The translations under genes were made by a program, and so were the position numbers. Below, piece after piece: positions 1-12,933 of a stretch of 64,000 nucleotides of DNA. Below the pieces are notes generated by a model. The model ran no database searches and was not told the DNA's origin. It was given only the letters and a program-made list of their open reading frames with translations. Within the stretch, counting starts at the first letter, position 1, and the number at the start of each line of letters is the position of its first letter. This DNA is from Octopus sinensis (Eukaryota), in assembly GCF_006345805.1 (NCBI RefSeq), contig NW_021836178.1, positions 144,873 to 208,872 of the forward strand, in the 5' to 3' direction.

Positions 1-982
1 TAAAAGTGCGTTCTCACTATCAAGAGATCGATTTCTTAATATCATCGATGAAGATTGTGACGCTTAAAAATAAAAGTCGTCAAAAGCTTTTTTCAGAATT
101 TGGTCTACCTCCAGATGTTGTTGTCACAAGATGGTGCAGCTGGCTTAATGCTGCAACATATTATTCAAAACATTAAAACGAAATCCGAAAGATAGTTTCA
201 TCGTTATCGAATTATGGAAAAATTGTTTTGAATGCAAAGAAGGCGATAAATTCTGATTCACTGGAGCGGAACCTAGCAAACATAGCATTTTACAACTGTC
301 TAAGCAAAGGAATAAAGAAATGTGAAAATACTTTTTATACTGTTAAAAATGCTATTCAACGTATTAATTGTATCGACTTTGGGGAAGATCCATGTGAGAT
401 TGCACAATATTTAAAAAAAGAACAAATTCAATACCATGGAATAGCTTTCAACAAGCTAATTTGGGATATTTCCCTCCTGAATTATTCGTGTATTTATGGA
501 AATGTCCGGGAACCACATTATCTGTCAAAAGAAGTTACTCGATGCTAAATAAACTTTTAACAAAAGGCAGAAACTTCAAGGATGAAAATATTAAACCTTA
601 TTTAATGTGTTATTTTAATTCTTAATAATATAAAAGTTCCACTAGAACTGACGTAAGGTGAATGATTTATTAACCATGTTTTTCTGGGAAGTACGTGGTT
701 GTTGGTAAAATCCAGCCTCTTGGAAAATTTTATTTGAAATTTTGAATTTTTGATTATTTTAATTTACTACAAGTCCAAAAAATTTAAAAATAAGGTTTTT
801 ACTAAAAATCTGGTTATTTTAAAATTTTAGTCCCGATTTTTGGTTTCCGCCAGCCAAAAAGGGCCAAAAGATTGCTGAATTTATCTGGCCATAAAGTCAT
901 ATTTTCTAATTATAAGGTCAACAAAGTCATATTTTTACGGTCACATTTGAATCATTTTAAGGTCATATTTGTGGTTGCCCTA
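1..982 (+). mobile_element. hAT-like DNA transposon, 3' part (degenerate transposase, same family as 8144-10021)
   Basis: Frames give EFGLPPDVVVTRWCSWLNAATYYSK (about 97-170) and MLNKLLTKGRNFKDENIKPYLMCYFNS (about 542-620), matching the ORFs at 9334-9876. It ends in GTTGCCCTA (982), like the TIR at 10021, with subterminal AAGGTCATATTT repeats. The left end lies outside the window. Confidence 0.75.
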
Positions 983-1861
983 ATTATTACAAATATCATA
1001 AACTGGATAGTTTTGTGAATGAGTCGACATTTAACGCAGTTTACAGAAATACATATCTCTTATGATTCAAAATATGAAGCGATCCACGCAGGCAACTAGG
1101 GTTAACTTTCAGTTTTGGAGGTTTCCCCCAAAATATGTTATTATAGCCTCAATCCTTAGGTTTCTTGATAAGAATAGTGTAAATCACAATTTCGAAAATG
1201 TACTTTTCCAACAATCAGTAACAACTACATCTAAACAAGGAAAACACAAACTTATAAAAAACAAAAAAGAAATAACTAATCGAAGTAGGCATTATCTCAC
1301 AAAACCGCTTGAGAAATTTTACAAATACGACCTGCCTGCAAACGAACGTTCTGTTTTTAATAAAACAAAAGTACAGAATATTCTCGTAGTCCTGACATGT
1401 GATAAAGTTGTCTCAAAGTTCTTTAAAAATCACAGATAAGTTATCCATTGAAGAAATAACTAGGTTATGTTAAAGAGGATGATAAAGAGTATGCTTATTG
1501 AAAACAGACATGGAATGAAGATAGACTACGAAAAGTACGCCTTTCCCGCCAAACAACTTGCGGGAATGGCATGCAGGGTCATCTAGATAGACAAAAGTTA
1601 AAAAAAGAACAAGGCAGTTAATAGTTTGTTCCATATACAAGCGTACGTATAGTCACAACAAATATTTGTAACTATAATTTTAATCACGTTTATTCCTCTA
1701 TGAATGACTGTTTGACTCTGACGTGGCTTAAAACGTACCATGACTGTTTGAGCTACATATTCCTATGAGACAATGGATGACCTGAGTTGCCTCAATAAAC
1801 TGCATAACCACAGCCTTATCAAAGAAAGCAATAAAGAACAAAAACTAATAGAACTAGGTGA

Positions 1862-2716
1862 CTAAGCCTGTGCCCTCATCTTCTGTTTGTAGACCTTCCT
1901 CTCGACCTTCTCACTCAACAAACCACCTCCCCATTTACTCTTAATCTGCAACATATCACTCCCAATGAACCTCCTCTCCCCGTCGGTTGTACTTGTCCAT
2001 GTAAACCTCACACAGCTTGGCCACCGTCTGGGCAGTCTCAGGCAATATCGAATCCACTGCCACCACAGAACAAGTCTTTCTAAAGACCAAAGCCCCCAGG
2101 ACAGACTTTCCCTTGACAATACAGTAAGGCACACCCATCCTCCTGCACAACTCAGGCAAATGGATGACCAACTACTCTCATCAACACACACAACCTCCAC
2201 TGGGTCAACGTCGTGGGCTATCACAACCAACTTGGCACGTTTCTTCTCCACCAGGGCAGTCACACACCGAACTCCCTGACGGATTTTTGACTCTGCGGGT
2301 GTCTTGCTGGAGGGTGGTCTGTACTTCTTTAGAAGACCCACCAAATCTCGGGCTGGACTGATCAGAAAAGAGTACTTTGTTCGGAGTTTAGAGTGTCGGA
2401 GAACTGGTGGATGGCAGGGGGGATTTTTAAACGTTTTTTGAGAATTGATAGGCGTCTCTGGTGAGTAATGTATTTGGGCCATCGGACGAAATGGGAGAGG
2501 TCTCGTTTGGGCTGGATATCCTGACCTGGCAATTGGAAGTGAAATGTACCTATTCCGAAATTCTTCTTACGCTCCCGGATTAATGGGTGACGTTTGGGCT
2601 TCGTCTTCGCCTCCTTCAAAATTTTTGGTGTTGTAATCTTTTTTGTAGTTTTCTGGAATAAGCTGGTTAGATTTGTAATTATTATGTGGATAATTTAATT
2701 TAATACCAACAGGCAT
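1862..2716 (-). CDS. RPL7A: 60S ribosomal protein L7a (eL8), with 5 short introns
   Basis: Spliced reading MPVAYSRK...KNFGIG|[18 protein letters not shown]...[16 protein letters not shown]|[22 protein letters not shown]...KWGGGLL. GT-AG introns of 44, 24 (2526-2549), 23, 23 and 25 nt restore the frame. Confidence 0.95.
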
Positions 2717-3486
2717 CACAAGAACACTGAACACGTGCTGAAGGTATCTGTTCAATTATTTGAATATATTTATTAAATTAATCATTTTGTTTTTTGATAA
2801 TAAACTTTATGTTAAAATATATATGATAAAAATCGAATCTTTTATTTACATATTTTTAACGTTAGTTAATAACGTTGAATGCACTATCATTTGATTTTTT
2901 GTTTCATTTATGCATCAAAGAATAGTTCATAGGCTTAAATTTTGTCTATTTTGCCTATTTTGCTCTTCGAGATACATTGAGACCCCCATGGAAGGAATTT
3001 GAATAATATTTATACACAAATTAGTTTTGATTTTCTAACATAGTCTATTAAAAGAGTAGTGAATACACACTTCTTAATGTGATTGAATATATTTTGAGAC
3101 GTTTTGATTCATTAAATTCCGGAACTTAGAACATTTTTCTCCAAACATCACTCATTGTAAAAATCGGATTAATCCAACTTTAGTATAGATTTAGAACTTG
3201 ATTTAAAAAAATAGCTGCTATAAAAAAGACTCTCTGTAGAATGGGTAATCTCAACTACTCACTGTTTTATTTAATTAATAAAGGGATATCACCTGTGTGT
3301 TAAAATAAGACCAAATAGAGTGATTTTTGATTAGGAAACATTTACTATTTTCCACAAAAATTGATGTTTATTTTGGTAACTAGATGGATAAAAAACGTGG
3401 TCATTCTACTTGTGCTGGATACTGACTTCTCTATTATCTAAAAAATCAAATTTTTTTTAAATAGGTCTCTATTATCTGAAAAAATT

Positions 3487-3870
3487 GTTGACCATTTCGG
3501 TCTGCATCTTTTATCGTGCAGGAGTGCCGGACTTTTTCCGAGGTACTTGGATGACATCATACGGAGGGCCCTCGACTCGGCGGGATTGCCTTTGGTCCCC
3601 GAACCATCGGATCTTGACCGTGATGACGGGAAACGTCCTGACGGGATGACCCTTTTCTCTTTTGAGGGCGGAAAACGTCTCGTATGGGATATTTTCTGCT
3701 TCACACTTAACTTTGTGTGCTTTGAAGGCTAAATCTGCTGCTAAGAAGGCTGATTATTTAAAGCTGACAAAATATTCCGCCTTTTCGGATTAGTTTTTCG
3801 TGATTCCGATAGCGGTGGAGACGTCGGGTGCTCTTGGTCCAAAGTCAGAAAACTTCAGCACAATAAGTCA
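3487..3870 (+). mobile_element. CRE-clade (RLE) non-LTR retrotransposon 3' fragment, degenerate
   Basis: [38 protein letters not shown]...LVWD and IPIAVETSGALG; same motifs as 62530-63354. Confidence 0.75.
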
Positions 3871-4369
3871 GATTCCTGAACAGCTTTTTTCATTTAGTTC
3901 TATTTCTAGCAGCAAGCAACGTCATGATATGCTAGAGTCATGGTTTTCTTCCACAACCCAAGGAGTCAGTTCGGCTTGGTGTTTGATTAAGGCTGGGAAT
4001 TAAGATTTTTTGCATTTATCGTTGCCGTTGTGGGAGGTATTTTTTATGCACGGTTCCAACGGTCGTGTATAAGTGCCGGCAAAATTCTTTGTCCCTAAAT
4101 CAAGTTGTCCAATAGGCTCTCTGCTTTGTTGATTTCTCGTCGATACTGCAACCCATTAGGGTCAACAGGTGCGACCGAAAACGCCTGGTTGGAATGAGCA
4201 TGTACATTTTGATGAAAGCAAGCCTCTCTTCTGGGACTTTACATGCTCCTAGATTTTTTATAAATCAAATATGATTTATATAATATATTAATTCAGACAA
4301 AATAATAATTTTAGTCTGGCTGGCCTATAATATTGAAAGATATAAATTTATGTAAATTATTCATCAGTT

Positions 4370-4948
4370 ATGTTATTCGCGTTATATTTGTTCGTGTTTT
4401 CTACCTGTGCTGATTTACACAGTGATCTAGATGAAAAACACTCAAATAATATTGAATTCTATCTCCCGGAGACTGGTATATAAATGTTAAAATAAAATTA
4501 CACTGCTTGACTTTACGTATTTATTAGGTCACAAAAATTCAGATGCCCTTTTTGAAGAAATGAATAATTTATTAATTCAAAAAGCTATAGTAAGTCAGTC
4601 TTATTTTATTTTAAAAGTTGGAAAAAGTATTGGAATTGTCTTTTGATGATTTTATGAACTATGTTCAAAAAGGCGAAATGATTTGGGTTATCTATTTCTG
4701 GGACAGGAATTCGGGACAAAATTGCACTTACATTAAAGACACATTGGAAACTGTGGCCGAAGATGTTAAACCCAAAATCGGAACAGTCGATGTTTCCCAG
4801 AACACCACGTATTTCAAACAATTTAAAGTTGACTTGTTTTGACTATCATGCATTTAGGGAACCATATCCCCAGCAATATTTTTATTCAAAAACGGAAAAC
4901 ACAAAAGATATAGAAAAACACTTTTTAAGGACAGACCGAATCCATTGA
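4370..4948 (+). CDS. Secreted thioredoxin-fold (PDI-like) protein without a CxxC motif
   Basis: Hydrophobic N-terminus MLFALYLFVFSTCA, then VLELSFDDF...IWVIYFW...C..IKDTLETVAEDVKPKIGTVDVSQN, typical of a thioredoxin-like domain. Exon boundaries are approximate. Confidence 0.55.
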
Positions 4949-5484
4949 TCCAATGGATAAAACGCCAAATTTAATAAAGGCTAAACTAACATATTTTAAT
5001 ATGGGGATTTTTTTCTTTGGTTAATAAATCGAGTTTAACATTAACGTTATTTTTAATTTGAATGACAACTGCGAATACTCTGTTTTAAAGACACAATTAT
5101 ATTCATTTAATAGGGAATAATTATCCTTTAACAAAGGAACTGTCATAAACGTTAAATTCTCAAACCATCGTTTATTTTGATAAAAAAGTAGCTTGCAATT
5201 GATTATTGATTGGCATTTAGAAAACGATTTCATAAGCAACAAAGCACAAGACTATATTCACGTGTAAGTCGTGACTTGTCGACAAAATAGGATTTTGGGT
5301 TAATAAAAGAGGTTGAAATGACCTACATCAAATAAGTCAGTAAATTGAATTTATTCATTTTCAATCAGCTTCTTTTCTCAGTTAATGTCTCGATACAGAA
5401 TCCAGGGAATCGCCGGTTAGAACGACAAGACAAATTGAAAACTAACCAGATATGTTAATAGGAGTGTTAGTTCAGAGAGTGAGA

Positions 5485-6534
5485 TCACATAACAAACACA
5501 TTGGTAGGTTTAGAGTAGTTGGTGGGGATGATTGACCTATCCAGTTAACACCACGCTGACTTGTTTATGTTCTGATTTAAAACAGACGGCATTCTGACAG
5601 ATTTTGACCCCGCGTTAGGGAAGAATACATTACTATTCCGTACGGGCTTGTTTCCGGTCTTGACAGGATCAGGCATGTGAGGAGGAAAGACAGAGAACGT
5701 GCCTGCCTTCATTCCCCGTCCTTCCTTTAAACGCACATATTACTTTTTTGGCTGGTGAAGAGTATTTGAAGACCTGGTCAATTTTGGGGGACTTTTCTTC
5801 CTATAGAGGGGACCCTGTATGGTGGAGGCGAAGGGGTTGGGGTCGAAGTAGGGGTGTGAACGAGCCTCAACTTTGAAGACATTCCCTTTGACTAGTTTTT
5901 TATGCTCCTGAGAATCTTTCTATTTATCAAGAACGGGGAATGACCAATTTCTGTTGTTTGTAGTTCTCATAGGGTTCGGGGGAAGACTTTGGGTAGGGAT
6001 TGAAACACACATTGGCATATCTAAGACATGACGGTGACCATGACCCATAGCCGGTCCCCTTCTTTATATTATTAGTCAAAAAATTCTTTTCTTTGGTTTT
6101 GTGCTTTTTCTTTCATTGTACTGAGGACTGAAGTATTGCACTCTTCCTCCAAATGAGCCCAAATAGCTCCCCGTGCTTGCTCTTTCTATTAGAATCAGTC
6201 GTTTCTACAGCTTTTTTCCTGTCCCAGAGTCCAGAAAGGGTTTGCCGACTTGTAGTTTGAGTCCCTCATTTCGGAGTATCCTCCGTCTTTTGATTCCGTC
6301 TGAGTAAGACTCGCCCTCAAACACGCGGTCAAATTTATTGGAGAAATATCCGTCGAGTTGTCCACACCGACTCTTTGCGAACGGTACAGTGAATTGTCTC
6401 CCTTTGTAGGCAGAGTTGTTGAACTCCACTACGGCTATTGACTCTCAAATACATTTTTTGGGGACGTAAGGGTCCCCTATTGTAGTGTAACCACTTTCCT
6501 TAAAAATGCCAAGCTTTTCCAAGTCGTTTTTCAT
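5485..6534 (-). CDS. CFAP96: Cilia- and flagella-associated protein 96 (C4orf47/UPF0602 family)
   Basis: MKNDLEKLGIFKESGYTTIGDPY, GYFSNKFDRVFEGESY, KKGTGYG and GMKAGTFSVFPPHMPDP match C4orf47 motifs as I recall them (DMERIGLFSE..Y.T.GD.Y; GYF...F.R.FEGE.Y; GMKAGTF..YP.H..DP). Contains short introns. Confidence 0.85.
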
Positions 6535-7810
6535 TGTAGCTTAGAAACAAATTTTTAATTTGAAGGTAATCGGTGAATATATTTATTATTTTGTGGTATT
6601 ATGAGTAATTTTCAACATGTCGTTAAACTGCATTTTTTAATTTGTCAACTAAGAAGGGATTCTGTATCGGGAAATAATCACGACCAGCCCCGACGACACA
6701 ACACGCACAATTCGACAATAATTATCACTCAACCACGCCAGTCGTAACTTTTAAATCTCTATTTATGAATGCAATTAGCTACCGGGAAGGGCGCCATCGT
6801 ACAGTGAAAGAACTTGCAGAGACATTGAAGGGGTGGGCTGTGGTCACGAGTAAATAGGGAAGTCTTTGCATGTCATTCTAACTGCCTTTTGTGGGCCACA
6901 GGAGTTATATGTCACAAGTATTGTTGATTGTTTTTTTATAGAACTGACTGGTCAGTGAGTGGTGTTGAGGACACTCTGGGCATCGGGAATCTGTTCTGTG
7001 TAGTCAGGTTGGTTGTCATCGCTTTTTCCACTATCCATGTTTCACAACAGTGGAGACGAACATGGGGTATATTTTCCACTTAAATGTGAGCGAGATAACG
7101 TGCATGTGGAGTCTGTGAGTTAATCTTGTCTTATATTCTCAGAATGCGAGTTCCTGACCAGTCTGGTGGGTATAGTTGTATAGTCGTTACTTTCACTAAA
7201 ATTCTACCGAGGGGGCATTAAAGGAGGAATTGTGTTATTTTCCGTTTTGTACTGTTCTAGAATATTGTCCAGATTTGCTACTTTCCAGTTCAGACAAACA
7301 TTACAGATCTCCCAGACAGGTCTTCCACTCCACTGAATAAAAAACCAGAACTGCAGTCTCAACCAAACCAGACCAAAGTAATTGTAATAAACAAGAGATA
7401 CGAATATATCATATACTGATTACGTAATAAGGAGAATGTGTGGTTCGATTGGAAGGGGGTTGAGGGGTCGATGGTGGTGTGTTATCAGTGGGGGCAGACA
7501 TTCCACTTTTACTGCGTGGACAGAGGGAATGTCGTCGAATGGAGTTGTCTAGACTGCACTGTATGCTTGATGTGTAATACTGCTGAGAATAAATCGGGCT
7601 TTCTGATGTGTGATGACTTCATTAAGACACCACAATTGTTTTCTTCTCCCTCCACTCCACTCTGTCCCTTCTGGAGTGTAGAAATTTCGTTTTTGAGGTC
7701 GTTCTGTGTACTGTAACTCAATGGAAGCTTATTATGTCGCGAGCCGAGCGCGCGAGCAAGCCAAGCAAGTCGACACCTGTCATCCATATAATTTCCTGAG
7801 ACCTGTACTC

Positions 7811-10384
7811 AATAATGAGGAAGTTGATTTTCAAAAAACATAAAAAGTATCGACTCAAAAAGAAAACAGAAAATTCCTAATTAAAAAGGGAAACAATTCG
7901 AATTCAACTAAATTTGAATTCAACTACAATATCTTAGAAATGTAAACGTCCTAGAAAATGTAAACACCTTAGAAGAGATGAAAATAATTGCACGTGAGAT
8001 TTATGAAGCCAATCATTGTATACATAATGCTTTGGAAGCCTTATGTAGGCAAAGATTTTCATATTGAGGCGACAGATCATTTGCTAAGTTGTTAAAAATG
8101 CAATATCTGCAAATTTTCAATTTCAGTAAAACAATATGATGATTAGGGCAATTTTTTGCCTAAAATGCCTTTTTGCACCAAAAGGTCTATTTATTTAAAT
8201 AATTAATTTAAGCTATAATTTAATTAAAATAGATTTATCTACAACGAGTTATAAATGCCTTAAATGCTTAAAAAATTGTTAAGGTCCTAAAAAATTTTTT
8301 AAGGTCCTAAAAATTTTTTTAAGGTCTTAAAAATTTTTAAAATAAATTATTTTTAAATGTTACAAAAAAATATTTTAAAAATAACAAATTAGGCACGCTA
8401 TAAATTACTTTTTGTGTTCAAATGCCACGTGTACGTTCTACAATAAAGTCTAAAGCTCTAAAAGCCTATGAAACTTACGTAAAAGAATTCACAGTGATTA
8501 AAGGCAGTCTATATTGTAAAATATGTATGATCTACGTCAATGCATCAAAAAAATATTATATTGATCAGCATAGACAATCTACAAAACATCTAAAGCTTTT
8601 GAGTAATTTAAAATTATTTTTTTTAGATAACAATGAAGGATTCCAACAATCCTTAGATTCCCTATTCAACGGTCAAACCGAAACGGAAGACTTTCAGAGT
8701 ATGCCGATGGAAGTTGCCAAAGCCTTTTCTGAAGCAAACATTCCTCTTCATAAGCTCAATAATCCAAGCTTAAAGGGATTGTTTGAAAAATTGAATATTT
8801 CGCTTCCTTCCCAGTCAGCCTGTCGCAATTGTATTCCTGCAATCAGTGAACAAAAATTATCCAAGTATAAAAGTGATCTAAGGTTAACAAATGATTAATT
8901 TTTAGATCTCAAAAGATTTTTATGGTTGTTGACGAGGGTGACGTAAATGGACAGAAGTTTGTAGTTGTTCTCATTGGGAATATCGCTTATCCAGAGAAGA
9001 CCTATTTAATTTCGTGTGAACCTTTATATGAATCTGTAACTGCTAACACAATTCTTCAGATTATCGATGAAGAGATTAAAAAATTCGAGATTATACGCAA
9101 TAATTTTCTTCTTTTTCTTTCTGATGCAGCCCCGTATATGATTTTGGGTAGTTTGTTGAATTATTTTTAGCCGGAAAAACATTGAAAATGCTTTATCCTA
9201 GGATGTTCCATGTAACATGTGTTGCACATTTGTTACATAATTGCTGTCTCAGAGTAAAGGCGTATTATTCGGACGTTGATAATCTTATTGCGACTATAAA
9301 GACATCAATAGTGAAAAACAAAACTAGAAAAAAATGTTTTCTACAATTGGTTATCCGCCCGACGTCATCATAACTAGATGGGGTAGTTGGCTGCAAGCAG
9401 CATACTATTATGCAAATAATTTTGTATCAATTGCTGAAATTGTGGAGAATTTCAAAGACGACGGAATATTAGTTAAAAAAGTAAAACAAGCAATTGAATC
9501 GCCAACCTTAAGAAAAAGTCTAATGGAAATAAATGAAAATTATCAGATACTTAATCAAATATTGAAAAAAATGGAATCCACAAGTTATACAATAAATGAT
9601 GCACATTCAGATCTTTGTTTGTTAAAATTTCCGTCTGATAATGCAGAAATAAATGAATACATACAAAAAAGATTACACAAAAATGACATAGAATCAATTA
9701 TAGAAATGGAGAAAAGTAATATCTCCCCTGAAGAATATGGACTAATAAGAAAATGTCAGTGTACATCATCAACCGTTGAAAGAGCATTTTCTATGCTTAA
9801 AAAATTAATTACTAAAGATAGAGGTTTCAATGCGGAAAATGTCAAAAATTATTTAATACCTTACTATAACAAATAATTTTTTACGACTTTTTGATTTAAT
9901 ACCTTATTAAAATGTGCCTAAAAATGTAGAATAAAGTCCTAAAAATTAAAAATAAAGTCCTAAAATGCCTATTTTTAAGGTCCTAAAAATAAATTTTAAG
10001 TGCCTGAAAAAAATTGCCCTAATGATGATTCAACTCATATTGTTGCTGATTCGCCTAATATAATAAAAGGTTTCAAGTAGATTTAATTGATCTTAAACGA
10101 TATAAAATTAGCTTATTTGTAAATTTAAAAATGAAAACAACGATTTTTCTTAGTTAATGTCTGTAATAGACGTATATTCGAAATATGCGTTTACAAGGAA
10201 TCTTAAAAATAAAAGTGTAGTAAAGGTGGCGACTAATCTAAATGATATTCTTATGGATTTTGGTTCCAGCAAGTTTCTTCTATCAGACAACGGAACAGAA
10301 TTCTGAACTTCAATACACTCCCGAAACTAACAATAAATGTTTTTAGTTCAACTAAAGATAAATTCGAATTCAACTAAAATAAAT
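7811..10384 (+). mobile_element. Degenerate Ginger/GIN-like integrase element, host of the hAT insertion
   Basis: Left of the hAT: H.C.HNALEALC...CNIC (zinc-binding region). Right of the hAT: RFQVDLIDL, VIDVYSKYAFTRNLKNKS and LLSDNGTEF (rve core). Homologous to 13573-14450. Boundaries are approximate. Confidence 0.7.
8144..10021 (+). mobile_element. Complete hAT DNA transposon with 14-bp TIRs and an 8-bp TSD; transposase has two 23-nt introns
   Basis: TIRs TAGGGCAATTTTTT (8144) and AAAAAATTGCCCTA (10021); TSD ATGATGAT at 8136-8143 and 10022-10029; subterminal GTCCTAAAA repeats. CDS 8422-9876: BED-like finger, VVDE, SDAAPYM, HVTCVAH, ITRWGSW, STVERAFS. Introns at 8883-8905 and 9148-9170; one -1 shift in an A7 run at 9328-9334. 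Confidence 0.93.
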
Positions 10385-11319
10385 TCTCCGTATTATGAGA
10401 ATAAACAGGAAGATGGGAATGCATGTGTCAAAATATGAATCAATCATAGGAGATATAGTATTTATTACAGTCAAAACCCATATACTTGCTGCAATGTGCC
10501 TGCAAAAGAAGGGGAATTGTTTTTGAAGTGTTGGGACTGTGCTTGGTCGGGTGATGGGCGAGTGATGACTAGAGCGATAATATAGAGAATCAAGTGGAGG
10601 CAGAAGTGATGATTAGTCTGGGCTACACCTGTCCCACTTGTCGAGAGATGCCGACTGATGAACTGAAATATGAAATATGTCTAACGGAGAAGGGACATGA
10701 CTATTTCTGCAATAATTATTCGACTTGAAAAGCAAAATGTGATCACAAGGAGGACATTCAGGCCGTGGGTGGCTATGTAGTTTGCACACGAATAGAGGGT
10801 TAGTGAATGTCATCATTGTAGGGCAGGAGGAGCAGCAAGAAGATATTGTTGGATAAAGCATATCCTCCACATATTCGAGTATTGTGGTTGGTGGCATTGC
10901 AAGAATGGTTTCTTGGGCATAGCTGACACGACTGAGAATCACCCGTCTTCCCAGTCTGTCACAACTCGGCAAATGAAGAACCATCACCCCCATTCCTTAG
11001 TTGTCGACACTACCCAGAGAGGAACGAAATAGATATATTTGCGAGTCGGCTGATGTCTAGTGCACAATGTCTGGAAAACGCTTAAATTCACTCTTGCGAT
11101 TATCTATCGTCACTTTAATGTCAGGGGAATCTCCAATACACATAAATAAAAACAATTGTGCCAAGATTTTGAGAGATACAATGTATCAATCGGATGTAAT
11201 CAAGAGTCAAAGGTCTTGGAATGAGCTGATGAATTACATGGAAACTACCATCTAATCCTACTTCCCAGGATATCGAAGCACTATGGGCAGAAATTCGCTG
11301 TCCATAAGACTCTAGACTC

Positions 11320-11848
11320 TGCCTGATCTGCCTTGACTGTATTCCGTTCGTACATTCCGGGGACTAAGGAGAAGAGAGTGAACTGTCCTCGATATCCCCG
11401 CCCTATCGAGCCACTCCCGAGTCCCCCCAGAGGGCAGCCTGCGCTGAGAGTGCTGTCTTACCGTAAATTGGTTTCAGAGGGACGGGCTTGAAAATGTTCA
11501 TTATTGGCCTCCTTCCGTGAAAGGTTTCGGAAATAGTCTGGAATAATGTCCTGGAGTATATTTATAACACTTGCCTTATTCCAATCCAAAAAAACTTGAT
11601 TACTTGTGCCCAGGTGGGGGGTTGTGATGGTTTGAAGGGGGAATTAAAGGTCTGACTCCGAGGAATTCTCCACCCAAAACTGGGAATGTCATTGTTTTGG
11701 GCAATTTGGTAATACAAATCAGTACTTGCATTCGTAAGAACACTCATTCGATATTTTTATTATTTTTCAAATTTAGGTTTTTTTTAAATTAATTTAATAA
11801 TATATTTTACATAAAGTTTGTTAATAAATTAATATTTCCATAACATAT
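11320..11848. repeat. 529-bp segment duplicated at 62000-62528 (near-identical, same orientation)
   Basis: Direct comparison from TGCCTGATCTGCCTTGACTG to AATATTTCCATAACATAT shows only scattered substitutions; constant offset of 50680. Confidence 0.92.
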
Positions 11849-11889
11849 ATTAAATAAATTATTTATACCCAACTTGTTGGTGCCTTCTT

Positions 11890-12640
11890 GTGATAAATTT
11901 AGACCAATGGACGATGCTGAAATTCAAGACTGGGCGTTCGACTGGTGTCAATACAAAATTATACTCAATTCCATATTTTTTACAATTGTCGAGTCTTCTC
12001 CAGACAATCCACCACTCTAATATCTCAGAGACTCAAAAGAGTACACCGAATTCTGGAAATTTCTGGAAAAATGCTGCAGATTTCGCTCACATCGAACAGA
12101 AGCCTCCAAAGGTAACCAAAACTCACCACGCAGGTCCCGCAGTATTTGATGGAGAGTGGATACAACAAAATTGCGTGCACACAACCCCGGAGAATTGCCT
12201 GTGTTTCTCTAAGCAAGCGAGTGGCTTTTGAGACATTCAACCAACATGGAACAAGCATAGGCTTTCAGGTCAGATTTGAACGAAACAATTCAAAAGCGAC
12301 CAAAATATTGTTCATAACAGAAGGATTATATAATCGACGAGGCAGTCATTTCAGACTAAATCGCTCTTCTGGCCTTCCGATGTTGCCAGACTGAGGAGGA
12401 TACTCAGCGAGACAGGGAGTACTGCTCTATTCGTGAACTGCCGAACACTCAAAACCCAGCAAATCAAATTTATTTGCCAAAATTTGTTTACGATCGGTGT
12501 CCTTGATTTACGCTATTTAATCAGATGGGCCATCATTGAGCATAAAAATGTATCAAAAATGTCAAAAAACTCGTGAAAAGGAATAAGAATGTGCAGACCA
12601 GTAGAGCGGCCTTAAAATTGCTGAATATTTACATGATTGG
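11890..12640 (+). pseudogene. DHX34: DEAH-box helicase DHX34-like, internally deleted fragment
   Basis: TTQVPQYLMESGYNKIACTQPRRIACVSLSKRVAFETFNQHGTSIGFQVRFE...TKILFITEGL matches DHX34 motif Ia and its surroundings. The upstream exon ..KEYTEFWKFLEK.. is joined to TTQVPQ with the GxTGxGK part of Walker A missing; the helicase C-terminal half is absent. Confidence 0.7.
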
Positions 12641-12933
12641 CTACACAAATGCAGGCACCCTATCTTCACATTTACCCAAATCGAAGTGGCAAACAAGTTT
12701 GAATCTCAAAACATTGAGTTAAGGTGTCCAAAAAGAGTTGATTAAGTTTAGGTAGATAAGAATCAGGTTTAAATTCATTAATATTTAATAATTACGATTT
12801 AACACTCTAAACAAACCGGAAAGGACGTCGTTTAATAAAAGACGTAAATTTGCAAAAATTGTTGTAATTTACGTTTCCACTAACAATATAAATACATGTT
12901 TTGCGTTCCGCGGATGATAAATACTACTTTGAA

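Larger units (their letters stand above)
6601..11720 (+). pseudogene. KMT2C/D-like multi-PHD-finger gene interrupted by a 2.6-kb nested TE insertion (about 7811-10384); no SET domain seen
   Basis: ePHD pieces CHSNCLLWATGV and CSQVGCHRFFHYPC; then MCGSIGRG(V)EGSMVVC..GQTFHFYCV...WSCLDCTVCLMC...FLMCDD, like KMT2C/D PHD4-5; after the TE, EGELFLKCWDC...EAEVMISLGYTCPTCRE, like the next PHD. Ends are approximate. Confidence 0.7.

Noticed and set aside
1062-1700. 125-aa ORF and adjacent sequence
   Set aside because: No recognisable domain or termini; probably TE debris.
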